DNA of 64,000 nt from Octopus vulgaris (Eukaryota). This document shows positions 42,061 to 57,275 of this stretch, piece after piece. The stretch covers positions 90,582,001 to 90,646,000 of the forward strand of contig OX597815.1 of the NCBI GenBank assembly GCA_951406725.2, read 5' to 3'. The notes beneath the pieces are model-generated. The model did not search any database. It was given only the letters and a program-made list of their open reading frames with translations, and had not been told where the DNA came from. How positions within the stretch are numbered: position 1 is the first letter of the stretch; the number at the start of each line of letters is the position of its first letter. Both the position numbers and the translations under genes were made by a program.

Positions 42061-42850
42061 TCTTGTTTTATTTTTATGTATGTTGTTCTTTCTTGATGAT
42101 GAAGACAACATTCAGTAGTCTTATTCTTTGTTCTACTTACTACTTTATACTAATTCTTTATGTTATAATTTTGTATGTAGATATACCTACAGAGACCAAT
42201 CCAAGCATGTAGTTGAGATCGTTTCTTTGGAGAAGTGGTTATATCAACATCACTGACACAATTGTAAAGATATGGAATGCATCATTTTGCTACTGCTATA
42301 TAATCATTATATATCCACCATGTATATGTATGTGTATGTATGTATGTATGTATGTATGCATACATTTTTGTATGTGCAAATGTATGTATATATGTGTACT
42401 GAGTGTATTACCATTCCATGTCTTGATATCATTAGACAATTTGGTGCGAAAAATTTACATATGATTCTCTTCAGTACAGCAAGTTTGGTCTTCCTTTCTC
42501 AAATGGTTTGCAGTCTTTCATAACTGAGAGCTTCTTCGAATTTCCATTTACTGGCACACGATTTTTCACTCGCTATCGGTTATATATTTTTGCTGTGCTT
42601 TATACAATTTTTATAACTTTCATCAAACTTAGTTTGTTGTGGACGCTACCCAATTCCCTGTCCGCTATCAGAAAGCCTTGTCGAGAGTCGTTCATTCCTT
42701 GTCCACACAACATATCCTACGCAAGATATTTACTTGGTGATGATCCTTGATTCAGAGGTGAGGTAGTCTATTATCTGAAGGACATCTTTGACTACAGTTC
42801 CAATCTCTGTAAAATTTCACAAATATTATATCTTTCTTTTTCTTTCTTTT

Positions 42851-43189
42851 CTTTCTTTTACTTGTTTCAGTCATTTGACTGCGGCCATGCTGGAGCACCG
42901 CCTTTAGTCGATCAAATCGACCCCAGGACTTATTCTTTGTAAGCCCAGTACTTATTCTATCGGTCTCTTTTGCCGAACCACTAAGTGACGGGGACGTAAA
43001 CACACCAGCATCGGTTGTCAGGCAATGCTAGGGGGACAAACACAGACACACCAACACACACACACACACATATATATATATACATATATACGACAGGCTT
43101 CTTTCAGTTTCCGTCTACCAAATCCACTCACAAGGCATTGGTCAGCCCGGGGCTATAGCAGAAGACACTTGCCCAAGATACCACGCAGT
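42851..43189 (-). mobile_element. SINE family A, 5' truncated
   Basis: Near-identical to 5361-5752. Confidence 0.9.
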
Positions 43190-43679
43190 CAATTTACGTT
43201 GACTACAACCTAGAAGAATGCAGGACTGCCAGAACCCAAGACATCTTGAGTGTGACTATCACAAATGATGGTAAGCTTTAGACTATATTTTCTGAATTGT
43301 TAAACCCCGTACAAAATTTGTTGTTTAGCACCCAGGGATCATCTCCTTTCATAATATTACGAAAATATTAAAAATATATACCATATGTTTGTTTGTGTGT
43401 GTTTGCTCGTGCGCACACACACAGTTCCATAAGGATCCGTCAATCAAAGGAAAAACAGGCACCCATGTATTTCTCTCTAACGTGGGTTTATAAGTTATTT
43501 ATGAAATACAATATTACAGTCCCGTTTCAGCCGATTTTACCAATCGGTTTCACACACTCTCGTGTGTGAAGACCAGTATTGGCGCTTACCAGGGCTTATA
43601 GCAGAGATAGGAAAACACCCGCAAGCCCATTTTATTGGGCCCTCAGACTGGTATACTCGTATGTACAAAATATAGTAAG

Positions 43680-44052
43680 TTTTTCAAGTGGCTATATGGT
43701 AAGTAACGTCTTACAAACCACATGGTTCTGGGTTCAATACCACTGCGTTGCAGCTTGGACAAGTTTCTACTACTATAGCTTCGAGCCAACCAAAGCCTTG
43801 TGAGCAGATTTGGTAGACGGAAACTGAAAGAAGCCCGTCGTATATATGTGTGTGTCTGAGTTTGTCCCCCCGCCATCGCTTGACAACCGATGTTGGTGTG
43901 TTCACGTACCGCAAACTAGCTGTTCGGCAAAAGATACCGATAGAATAAGTACAAGACTTGCAAAGAATAAGTCCTGGGGTTGATTTCTTCGTCTAAAGGC
44001 GGTGCTCCAGCATAGCCACAGTCAAATGACTGCAACCATTAAAAGAATAAAA
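43680..44052 (+). mobile_element. SINE family A
   Basis: Diverged homolog of 31384-31795. Confidence 0.88.
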
Positions 44053-45309
44053 CAATAAAGTTTATACAATATTCGTATGACTATTTGCGACATAGGTCGC
44101 GTTTCCACTACAACTTAAGACTGTTAGACTCGAAAAAAAAATCGTCCGGTAATTGCCATTTGAATGGAAGTCTTGTTTTCACTATAAAATACATATTGCT
44201 ATGTTTTTACCACCCCTTGAGACCCAATTACACGCTAGCTGAAAAATATGAAATACCTCATTTGTAATATAAATATCCTAAATTCAGTGGCAGCGTTAAT
44301 GAAGATGTTACGCGTTTAATTTAATGTGTTAAAAGCTTATCTTTATTAATGTATATCAAATTATACATAGATATATACAAGATTTACACAGATATAATAG
44401 TTAGAAGTTGGGATCTGCTAGTGGACCTTTTTCTTTGGAATTTTTTGCCCGGCGCACTAAAAAGTTTCCCAACCCCTGGCTTATAGTTTCAGTATTATTT
44501 CATCATTCTCGATTCTTAACCCTATTCAATACGTTGAATGTATTTGAATAAGCATTTCTCACTCAAACCTTTCCTTAAAATTTCAGGATATTTGCGATCT
44601 TCCTTAATATTCCAGAATGTTCCAGGAGGATTTCATGACCACTTCACAGTGCCCTAGACACAACTGAATCTTACTAACCAGAGGTGATTATTTTATATAC
44701 ATCTAATTATTTGTGCACGTGTTTTTACCAGAACAGGCTAGCCGCCCTTAAATCTCTATATCCTTTACACGGACTATGAATTTAGACTTACGAGGTATAC
44801 GTATGCCATTGTTTCAGTGAATAGCAATTGCGACTTAAATCCCCCATAGTTTGGTAGAATCGGTTTTCTGCAATATATTATGTAAATGCTAGGAGATAAA
44901 CAAAACAAGCAAATTTTCTGAAACGATGCAGTTAGTAGGCGGATTTTGGCTTGTGTTGACAACATGAAAATGTATGTCTGCCATGATATGCTTTAGCATT
45001 CACTTGTTTTGTAATTTCTTGACTCAATAGATTTTATCTAAATGCAGGAAATAATGCATTATACCTGTGTTTTGTTGGAGTGGGTTAAGCATTAGATCCG
45101 TCATTGTCGTTTTTTTTCTTTCTTTTTTTTTGTCGCAGAGATATCAAGCATTACAATATGAAAATGTTTCCTTATTTTAACTGCTTTCTTTTATAACTAA
45201 CTTAAAACAGGAAGTCATGTGTTGGTAGTTATAGTTATATCTGTAACATGCTGTATGAAACGACTTATAACATTTGTATGAAGCAGCATGCGACTCACCT
45301 ATTTCTACA

Positions 45310-46527
45310 TAAAGGTGACCCAAAATATTGGAAACTATTTATTCAAATGGCAAATTCAAATTTGATCTAATCAGTAAGCATGTAAGCGCGCGCTTGTGTG
45401 TTTATATGCACTACATACGCGTTTTGCTTCATGATATAGCATTCTGTTCTTTATCTATTCTTTTACAGATGTTTGTATTTAAGTTAAAATGTGTGACTTA
45501 TCTGCTCTCCAAAGGACAAATTGTTGAGCACAGATGACTAGAGGTTCGCTTACTAAAAATGCTCATATATTTCATGAAATACAGTCTTTAAAAATTATGT
45601 TACCATTCCAAAACCAAAGCAAAACAAACTAATAGCAAGCTTAATTCAGAGTGGAACCAAAGATCATTCAGAAGAGCTGCAGTACAGGGAAATGTATTGT
45701 GTTTAGATACAATAGAATTACGGTAGCAGAACTGACAGCAGAGTTCAACACCACATTTCCAACCTTGTTTAGGCAGAAGCCGTTCAACGTGCGGCATAAA
45801 GCCGGACACGCACGAAGCGCTACAATTTCTAAACCTTCACTGCCTCATGCCATCAGCATTGATAACGACAAAAATAGTGACTCACTAGCAGAAATTGTAA
45901 ATAACTCGGTGGAACAAAGTCATCTTTGACGTATCATCATTCACCCTTTTATCTCACCCAGGGGAGTTTATAACAGGAGACAGCCAGAAGAAGCCTTCAA
46001 TCCCGGCTGTGGACGTGGTTCTGAGAGGACTTGGTTAGCCATACCAAGACGTTCTCTTGGCCTTTAAATGTCCTGCAGGGCAGAGCTAGCGTCTAAGGTT
46101 TTCTGAGTATATTGGCTGATCGTGTCCATCCTATATTACAATGCCTTATGCTAATGCAATCTTAGAGAAAGATAATGCGTCGATTCACACGCCTACCTTC
46201 ATTCAAAATTGATACGATGAACACAACAGTGAATTAGTCCATTTGGATTCCCACCACAATTTCCAAAACTCAATATAATCAAACATTTATATGGCAAAGT
46301 GGAGCATCAAATGAGAAGCCTTCTTCCCTCTGCCAACGTCACCCAAAGCTTTAAAGCAGGTTTTATTTGAAGAATGGCTCAAAATTTCCCTAACAACCGT
46401 TCGGAAACTGTACGCGGCAATTCCGCGAGGTATTCAAACTGTAATTGATGCAAAAGGGGACTAACTCTGCATTAGGTAATAAAATTTCCATTTAACAATC
46501 TGTTTCCATTATTTTGGCCACCCACTG
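45310..46527 (+). mobile_element. Decayed Tc1-like DNA transposon
   Basis: Ends GGTGACCCAAAATATTGGAAAC / GTTTCCATTATTTTGGCCACCCACTG. Remnants KGQIV, ITVAELTAEFN, KDNASIHT (QDDNA..H), and a SPDLN.IE-like region. Confidence 0.8.
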
Positions 46528-47082
46528 ATGGCTAGCCCTGGTTGCAGTACAATAGGAAATAATTTGAAACAACGTTTAGAGCAAGTTCCCCGAATGTTTA
46601 GTTTAATTAAAAACACAACAAAAGACCTAATTTGTTTGGTAAATATTTTATTAACAAAAATTTAAAAATAGGGCTAACTGTTACACACAGATGAAGTGGT
46701 TATCAAAAAGAAAAGCACTTTTCTATGTTCAGTAATAACAGGATTAAGAATATGTGCGTCTCAGGCATTTTAAAATTCTATGAAAATCACGTTTTTAATA
46801 TCAGTACGGATTTTGGGTTTATAACCTGTAATATTTGACAATCATCTTCCATTACGTTAATAGACTGAAAAGAAGTAAGTAATGTAAAAGAAAAATTCTT
46901 GAACCTATTGGTGAAATAACAGCGTTTCAGTACAAAATGGTGTTTTAGAAATGAAGTGTTAGAGTCGGTAGATTGAAATGAAGTAAAACTAATATAAATG
47001 AAATAACTCCTCATTGAACATTTGACAACTTCACGAGAATACATTTTCGATAAAACTTCCTCTCAAATTATCAAAAGAGAAA

Positions 47083-47142
47083 GAATTGGCCTCTCCCACC
47101 AGAGATTGAGATGTAAAAATCACTGGTGAGAGAGGCCAATTC
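47083..47142. repeat. Isolated 60-nt hairpin (25-bp stem, 2 mismatches)
   Basis: GAATTGGCCTCTCCCACCAGAGATT gagatgtaaa AATCACTGGTGAGAGAGGCCAATTC. Confidence 0.85.
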
Positions 47143-49174
47143 CAAGCTCTGGCTTTCTATCAGCGAGGAATATCCACCAGTAGCTAAGAATTCCCTGTCA
47201 ATTTTGTTTCAATTTTTATCATTATTTTTATGAGGGTTATCGTGTTTTATTACTTAAGTCAAAAGTAAAAGAAAAAAATATTCATCTCCGTGGAAAAAAT
47301 AACAGGCTGCTTATTGCAGATATCTTGGATTTCACAGAAGCTTGGTTTATAGATTAACGCATGAAATAATATTTTGTATTTATTTCTAAATTTAAAACTT
47401 TAAAACGTTTTTCTTTTTTCTTTTTAATTTCCGCGCAACGGTGCCACAAAGCTAGAAAGATAGAGAACCAATTACTGAAAACATTAAACTGAGATTGTCA
47501 TCTTAAAGCAAATATAAGAACAGCAATGAAACATTTGCAGGTTAAGGAACTCCATATTGAATCTAAAGTAAAATACTTTCTAAAATTCATAGTGACTGAT
47601 CTGGTGGTTTTCGTAACAAGGAAACTACTATGTAATTGCTTGACAAGCGATGAATATCAGACAGATTTCCCCCAAACCCCACTATAGCGCCTTAAACAAA
47701 TGTATATCTAAGGCTTCAAATGGTAACCTAATTTTTGATAGACGTTTCCTCAATAAAAAGTGGAAGGACTTAGTTTGAACGTTTTTGATTATAGGTCTAT
47801 TTTATTAGGGCCAATCTGGGGCTACCAATAATTGTCCAATCTCCCTCAAACCACATACTAGCACCTTTTGTTCTACGATTGATACTAAAACTATTTTTTG
47901 AACGGCAGAGGTCGGAACGTACAGTGTTGAGTCCAGCTAATTCATATCATGATACATACGTAACGATACATACTGCCCTTCGTGTGACTAAACTGTACCT
48001 TGAAATCAATAATCTGCTACGTTATACTATTCTACTCCCCTGTGTATCCGTGTTTATTTAATATTTCATGAAATCTCATTTTGATTCATTGCAGTCGATA
48101 CAAATATTCGTCACTTTGTACATATTCCTGAAATCTTCGTTAAATATGTTGAATTTTCTATTTCATTGCAACCGACATTTTTTTCATTGCAACATGACGA
48201 GGTTACTTTCCCTTCACCCATTGTGTCACCGACTTTCTATATATTTATCCATCTCTTTTTCCCTCTTACTTTCTCATTCATTTTCCCTGTGCATTTTAAA
48301 TTACACAATAAAGAGCGCAATACTGCAAACATTGTATTGCAGCTACATATATTCTCAGTATAATTCTTTCAATTCCTAGCTTAGTGTCCTTATTTTGTTA
48401 ATCTATAACCTGTATTTTAGGTCTCTTTCAACAGTGCAGCATCATCAATATCGCAAAAGATCCCATATAGATTTATTGTATATTGCCGATAGCCAGAACG
48501 TTTTCGCAAGAATATTGAAGAATATTGAATACTAATATCATTAGCAAATGAAAAAGAAATACTAGACAGCAACAAATAAATAAAATAGGAAAATGGTATG
48601 AATTATATTAGTCTATTCTGTCACTATTGAGGAAAAAGTTGCCTGATATATTTAATAGTCTCCATATACTTAGTTGATGAAACATTTTCAATATCTATTT
48701 GAGCGAACAAAGAAGAAAATGAGAATACTAACGCAATTGTTACATCAATAAAAAAATATATATAACGATATATTGTAAATGTTTTCAGACAACGATGATC
48801 TTTTTTTATATTCAGAAGTCCTTTTGTTTACATTTAGTTTCTTTTTTTAGGAATTAAAAGAAAATTCAGAAATGAAATGACAAGGCTTATTGTGTCAACC
48901 ATTCAAATAGCTTTAAACTATGTAAAAGAATGAGAAAGAAGAAAGAGTTAACAAAGAGTTTTTATTTGTTTGCCGGTTTTTATATTTTGAATGATTGGAA
49001 AATATAATTTTACTTTTTATGTGTTTAGTTTCAGAATCCATTCATGAAGATATTAATAAAAACGAAAGCAAGATATTAATGCAAACAGCTTTAATATGTC
49101 CATAACTGACGAGTAAGTTGGCAGACATATTTTTAAAGATGTAACACACACACGCACACAAACGAATGAATATA

Positions 49175-49263
<89 letters not shown>

Positions 49264-49681
49264 CTATGTATGTATTTTTATGCATACATACATCATACAT
49301 ACATACGTACACACATACATACATATGTACACACGTTTTCTATAGAAGCAACATTTTTGATAATAGGTTTTAGATACAAGAAAAATAATTGTATGAAAAT
49401 ATGATATATAACAATAAAAATGAGATTTCGCTTCTTGACATCTTTTGTTTCACACAAAAACTACGCAACATATTTCAATACTTTCATCCATTATAATCAA
49501 GTTCTCTCGTGTTAGGTATTCCATTTCCTTTTTCTTTTCTTTCCTTTTAGCTGTCTATTTATAACAAGATTTGAAGAATGCGATGTTCATTTTACACCGC
49601 CCCTCCACACACTCACACTCAGACACCAATCCCCACGCTCAAATAGCAACACACACAGATACATACATATATATATGCATG

Positions 49682-49743
<62 letters not shown>

Positions 49744-49936
49744 TACATATGCATGTATTTGTATATATGAATATATACATATATATATATATATGTGTGT
49801 GTGTGTATGTGTCTGTGTGTGCGCGTGCGTGTGTGTGTGTGTGAGTGTTTACAATTATATATAGCTGTATACAGATGTATATAAGTATATATTTAAATCT
49901 GCTAATACACATACATGTATATACTTATACATACTC

Positions 49937-49968
<32 letters not shown>

Positions 49969-50574
49969 GTATGTATATATAAACATATATATATACATAT
50001 ATATAAGCGTGTATATGCATATATATTTGTATGTGCTTATGTATGTGCCTAAACAGTCATTTATATATATATATGTGTATATATATATATATATATATAC
50101 ATATATAGTATATAAATAACTATATAGGGATGATATTAAAATACCATATATATATACTTTCATACATGCATACACATATAAATGTATACTTTTTTGTGAG
50201 CGGGCATGTGTATGTGACTGCTTCCGTGCGCGTGTGTGTATTCTTATTTCCATCAAAATAAGGAAGTTAGAAGTCGATTTATCAATGAAATGTCTGAGAC
50301 CATACAAAGACTTTATCACTATTATCTCAATAATATCACATTTTTATGTTAATAGTTTGCATTTCTGATATTTAATATTTGCAGAACTATTGCAGTGTCA
50401 GGAAGGATTTTATTATAAACAAAATAATAATATATACGATGTAAGACGCATGAATGTCCCTGAATGGATTTAAAGAAATAACTCTGAAATATAAACTAGC
50501 TTCAACTGAATGATTTAAGTTATTGTTCCTATGATCTCTATTGCTTTACTTTACGTTGCCAAAATTGTCAGAAA

Positions 50575-51075
50575 TGTCAATGTCATCAACATCATCATCA
50601 TTGCTAACAGCAGCCGTAGCAGCAGCAGCGGTAGCAACAATAACAGCGGCACCTGTGGAGAAAGCGGTAGCAGCAGTAGAAGCTCCAGTAACTTCCAGCA
50701 ACAGTAGCAACAACGTCATCGTCATAAACGTCGTCTTCCTTTCGTTGTAGTCGTCATCGTTTTCGTCATTTTGCCGTCTTCTTCGTAGTGAAGATTAACA
50801 TCATCGTAATCGTTGTCGGTGTCATTAATTCTCAATTATCATTAGAGTCATCGCGATCCTCATCAAATTCATGATTAACTTTAATGTCACCGTCGTTATC
50901 GCTGTCCTCGAAATTCTCATTAGCTTCTTAATCGTCATCACTATCATCGACTTTATTATGGTCAACATCCTCATCACCATGATCATTACCGTCATCAGCA
51001 TCTTCACCATGATCATCATCATGATTATCGTATTCATTATGATCATCGTATCATCATCATTGATGTCGCCATTGC
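50575..51075. repeat. Decayed trinucleotide tract (AGC/ATC/GTC)
   Basis: Period-3 low-complexity sequence. Confidence 0.8.
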
Positions 51076-51239
51076 CAACAGACCGAAACTATAAGTCATA
51101 TAATCTGCATTAAAACTACATTGGATGTAATTTTCTTCTCAGAAACTGTAGCCAACCTAGCTAGAACCATTTTTGATATATTTTTACAATCACATATAGA
51201 ATATGGCTATATTAAATTTATATAATATAATTTTCTACT

Positions 51240-51415
51240 CTAGGTACAAGGGAGGGGGCCAATCGACCCCAGTACGCAACTGGTATATAATTTATCGACC
51301 CCGAAAGAATGAAAGACAAAATCGCCCTCGACGGAATTTGAACTCAGAACGTATAGACAGACGAAATACCGCTAAGCATTTCGCCCGGCTTGCTAACATT
51401 TTTGCCAGCCAGCTC
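51240..51415 (-). mobile_element. SINE family B
   Basis: TTTATCGACCCCGAAAGAATGAAAG...GGAATTTGAACTCAGAACG...GCTAAGCATTTCGCCCGG. Confidence 0.85.
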
Positions 51416-52197
51416 CTATTGACTAGGAACTGGGTATAGCTTAACGGTATTAAATCCTTACCCTATTATATTCTCCTAAACATTGAGATAAATGTTTGCT
51501 TTTAACATGCAAGCAAAGAAACAGGACATAATCATTTCAACCAACGTGAATTCATCATTAAAGAAAATTTCGATTCTTCTCTAACTTGGCATCGTTAGTT
51601 ACAGAGTTCAATGCCGTCAAAGGAATGGAATTAGTATTTAACCTTTATCTGACCCTATTACATCACATTTTAATTTCTAACAAAAGCACAGAGAGCAAAT
51701 TACAGTATATGTTTTCGCTATATTACTTATATTGAAAGAGAGAGAAACTGTTTTATGAAGTTGATTGGTAACCTTCATAGCCTGACGACAGCCCGATGTT
51801 CAGTTCAAGATTCTCCGTTGATATGTTACTCCCTTCGATCTCGAATACGTACTTCAACGCGTTGGTAACTTCAGCTTCATTGGAAAAAATGTTTGTCATA
51901 AATGTCAAAATGACCATTTTTCCAGAATGCCATATAGATCAGCGGGTAGATTCTTAAATAACGTTTGATGTTGTTGAAGTATCACATGAGCAAGAGTTAG
52001 ACCTATTTGAATCCATTTGCCCTGGAACCTCGAAAAGTTTCTTAAGCATGAATAAAAAGCAACTTTAAAAGTATAAGTACTTTTACCTTCTGAAGCTGCA
52101 GAAGCAATATTCGGATTAGCTTTTAATCTTTGTTGTACTGACTTTGAAATTGTTACATTTTCATCCTTTTCAGTAGGATAAACTGGTTTCAAATAAT

Positions 52198-52335
52198 ATA
52201 TTTCTTTATTGCCCACAAGGGGCTAAACACAGAGGGGACAAACAAGGACAGACAAAGGAATTAAGTCGATTATATACTGACCCCAGTACGTAACTGGTTC
52301 TTTATTTATCGACCCCGAAAGGATGAAAGGCAAAA
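52198..52335 (-). mobile_element. SINE family B, 3' part
   Basis: Reverse complement of 27610-27740. Confidence 0.85.
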
Positions 52336-53370
52336 TAAAATCCATTATTTCGGGTCGCTTGAAAACACTAAATAGAAGAGATTTTACATACATACACATG
52401 TAGAAGTATACACGCATTAGACAGCTACATGGGCAGACAGGCATAAACAATCAAAGACTGGTGCAGGAGCAATCAAAAACACACACATGCATACATTCTC
52501 ACTAAGATATATATTTTTAAATTAATGAGCTGACAAAATGGAAATACATACATTATACACATCTTTCAAATATGCATACACAAAGAGATGTGTATAATGG
52601 TGCATTTGCTCAAGCCCCAATTCTATTCTCATGCTTACCCATAGAAGTACATAATCATGTATAACAGCACAGTAACAACCCAATCGTGTCTAACATATGC
52701 CGTTACACTTAAATATTATACATTTCTAGCAACATGTGAGCCGTGTCAATACGTCATTCCTATTAAACTTGACCATTAGAAAGAAGGAACATAGCTTTGA
52801 ATGAAATTCAGAGTAGTTAAAGTCTATATACACAAACAGATCAGCGGTTTCCACACGTATGTATTTACACATTAAAACTGCACATTTATACACCTAGACG
52901 TGACAAATGTATTCATGCCCATAAACACATTGATTTCTGATGCAGTTACACAGTCATAGATTTGTTGATGATGGTATGTTTGAAGTTAAGCAAGCGGTAT
53001 TTTAATAATATTCGATAATATTTACTATTACTATCAATACCAACATAGTGGTGAGACTGCTATTGATACTCATCCTCAATTTATGATTTACACTGGCCCT
53101 AGGGAGAAGGCTGAAAAGCAGTTATTTTGGAACTAGAAGGATTAGGGTGTGGTGTTTAATGGGGCGTTTAAGGTAAAGAAACTTTTAGCGTTGATAAAAC
53201 CATAGCAAATGTTATTTTAAGATTACAACCATCATTGTAAAATAATATCCTTTGAGTTTTTGAATATGCACACCATTCAAGAAACATTTCAACAGTTATG
53301 TATATATCGGAAAATGATTATTTACTGCCGCTAATTCGAAATGTACATACTCTGAACGTACATGCGCATT

Positions 53371-53414
<44 letters not shown>

Positions 53415-54320
53415 CACACAAACACACGCACGCACACACACGCACACACGCACAGACACATACATGTGCGCGCACATCTTTCTAATCCAATCCATCAGTT
53501 TTATCCACATTTATGCATTGAATCATTCTCAATGAATACACACACGTAGGCAATTACTCATAAGGTCACAAACATGCGGTATCGTACTGAGATTTATATG
53601 CGAAACATTTTTCGGACGCACATCCGATATAACATGTGCTCAGACTCCTATACATAAATACATATCCTACATACACACACCTATACACCACGATATAAAG
53701 TCGACTCTGATAAAAACCCAAAATTAAAGACAGGAATAGGGGGCATTGTTGTATAAGCATTCCCATGTAGATGCAATCATTTCATAAACACAAATCACAC
53801 ACAAACACAGCATAGAGGTGAATACAAATACGCATACTACCATTAATACATATAATAGATATCAACTGACAGACATAGGTATATACATACACGTATTTAA
53901 GAAAGGCCAGCTCAACATAGGATACTCGTGTCCTTACAGCCCTGTGCACAGTGGCCCATACTTATATGCATATTTACACTCATGATACTCGAGAAGTTAT
54001 GACATCCATTGTTATTATTTTAAAAGTTACTTGTGACATTTCAATTAAAACTATATTGTAGTAAGTACACATTGAATGCTAGTCATAACTTTTTTTTGGC
54101 AGAAAATTATGCTTTTAACATTTCGACGCTTTCTTAATCCTTGGATGTGCTACAATCGAGATCTTCTGAAATGTTATCGTTTCTCAGGTGATTTACGTAA
54201 GGTATATAAAGTGAAATAACTATAATATGAATTTTAATAAGAAATTTCTACTCCGCCTGGTAAAGAATTATATTCATCAGACAGGGTATCTAAGATATGT
54301 TGATAATGAATAACGTAAAG

Positions 54321-54384
<64 letters not shown>

Positions 54385-57275
54385 CATACTTAAGGGTGTC
54401 CTGAAAAAGTGTTATGTCAAGATTAACCCTGATGAAATAGACACGAGGGAATGTCGTCTAAAGTTGTCTAATAGATTTAACTTATGTTAGATATATCAAT
54501 TTTGATTACATCTATGTATCCATATATATCGTCCGTCTTCTATCACATATAAATACGTGATCATGTGATTAACTTCTGCCATGTGACGTTCAACAGCCTT
54601 GACCAGTATTTATTAATGCGTTTGAAATCTAGAGTTCTCACAATGTGTTTAATTTGGCCTGTTATACATTCTAGACTAATGATTATGGATTTAGCTTTCA
54701 ACATTTGACACCATATAGTTGTAAACACTCTATAGAGTTCATGATAAAATCGTTATTTTGATATATTTTGCAATAAACGAAAGTTTCCATTTATTGGATG
54801 GAACAGAATTTGGCTGCTGAAATTATAGTTGGAAATAACGGAGATGTTTGCTTCCATTTCACAGCAACTACATTGCCGATTATGTTGATGATTTTTCTTG
54901 CAGCACTGCTTGATAGTGATTGTATTGATATTATTGATAGAAATATTTTGATGGTGATGGAGGGATGAGTGGGGATTAAAATTTACAGCGAAGAGGTCAA
55001 ATTTTATCACAAGAAGATAACATAGATAAATATGTTATTTTTAAAAATATCAGAAATTTAAAGTTTCTTTGATAAAATATGATTAATGACTATAGTGCTC
55101 GTCTGATAAGGAATGGCACCAGGGGAACGGTAAAAAAAGATAGATTATAAAACCATATGATACGTAAATAAAGAGAGACAGGAATAATACCCGGACAAGA
55201 ATAAATAGTTTGGATATAAGTAAAACTTTAGAAGTTAATCGTAAATTAACATCTTAGATGAAGTAAGATTAATCACTTGTCTGAAATCCCCAACATAGAT
55301 TACTATTTCTCTATCGTATTAATTTATATAAAGAAGATATACAGTTAATAAGGTAACTATTTTGCCACGAGCTCTATTACTCGATTAACTTTGCTGATCG
55401 ATGCTTATTTCATTTTTTTAAAGGTACTATTAAATATCTTAGCTAAGCTTCAGATATTTAAAGAAGCATACTATGTTTATTGTGTTACTTGTTTTGAGAC
55501 AAAAAGGTCGAGTTTGGACATGCAAATACAAATTCGTTTCCTGTCGACTTACGACGGGCTAGGTACAAGACACAACAACATTTGTGTAATACTGCTCCAT
55601 TATAACGTCTTACAAAGCTAATAATATATTCTGTTGCTGATTCTATGAGGAACAGTGTGTCCTTTGAGGCTTACAGCCTCATCTTCCCTTTAAATCTCAA
55701 GTAACACAAACAGATTCGTTTGGGATACTCAGCTGCTGCATCATTGCTTGAAAACGCACGCGAAACGCCAGTATCATTCGATTACTTCCTTCACAATACT
55801 TGGCTGCTACTTTATTTTGTCAACCCGGGCGAAGGAAAGGTAATTTTTATTCATTGATCACAAATTTAAAGACATTAAGTATAGTTTACTATCGTAAATA
55901 AGAATGTTTAAGGGTTAGTTCTTGTTCGTGGCTATAAAGGAAATGTAGGGTTTTCACTGAATTGTATTATGAAATTTATGTAGAAATCCTCTAGACAGTG
56001 AGCGACATATTGGTTTCTAGAAAGTAGGACTGAAATGGAGGGATAAGCCGATAAAATAGCGAATACAATAGTATATACACTCAAAACAAACAAGAATAGT
56101 AGTGACGTAACTAAGTGAGATAAACGGGGAAACAGTGATGGAATAGATAAAAATAATTCTATAGAAAGGCTGGGAAGCAGAACAAAATATTTCTGAAAGG
56201 ATAAGAGTATAAGATTAAATTATGGAAGTGGGAAACGAAATAGAGAAAATAAAATGCCAGAATATATTTAGATAATCATATAAAATTATATAACCAGAGA
56301 AAGAAAGGAAAATGATAATGCATCGTGAATGCTACCGTAAAGGGGCAGATATTAAGAAATGAACTACGCGATTGAAATATGACGGCATTTAAGGAAGCAT
56401 AACAGATGAGGAAAAATGACATGGAGAATAGGAAGATCGAGAGACGAGAGAAAAGGGAGATGATAAAAGTCGGATTTATTGATCTGTCTTCTATTTCATA
56501 CAAATTCAGCGCTGATATTTTGTCTGACTTATAAAAATTCAGTATTGAAGAAAATATTCAAAAGCAACTCATATAGGCTGATTACAGGGACATGGATCAA
56601 GAACGAAGCAAATCTATAGGGATTGATTACAAGCTTTTGAAGCAAACAGAATGATTACTATTAGAATTCCGGAAAAGAAATGGAAAAGATAAATAAAATA
56701 AAAACATTTTTTTGTTGAAAACTCTTTACAAGACATTTAACTAGAATCAATAAGTCTCTCAAAGTATACAAAGAGGGTCTTTCTGTAATGATAAAGCTGT
56801 TCTGACAGCTTGATAAAAACTGATAAAAGAAACTGTGATAGAGAGTATGCGAAATATTCTATGTTAAAGGAAGCTGGTTGAAGTATGTCAGTTGGGATTG
56901 GAATTCGTTCCCAGTGTCTAAGGCATATGCTGGGAGTGAGGGACAGAACGGAAGAATATTCATAAATAGTGACGTAGAGTGTATAGAAATTTCAACATGC
57001 ATTCAGCTGTTTAGGTCTGAATACATCCATAGAGAAAATCAATTATAATTGATTGAAATCAATTCATGAATAGTGATGCCATCACCGATGATTGTAATTG
57101 TAGATTATTATTGGTGGAGGACAAACTGGCAGAGATAAAGATAAACAAATTTTAGATCCTTATTATGTAACTTTGGGTATATATATATATATGTGTGTGT
57201 ATTTATACATGTATGAGTGTATGTATGTACGTAGTACATACATACGTAAATACATAAACACATACATACATACAT

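Noticed and set aside
54240-54460. CTGATGA cores (54274-54280 minus, 54429-54435 plus) and others near 7436, 30163 and 31037
   Set aside because: No stem II followed by GAAA and no stem I pairing, so these are chance heptamers.
55900-57150. Purine-rich plus-strand block as a coding or LINE remnant
   Set aside because: No recognisable motif in any frame.
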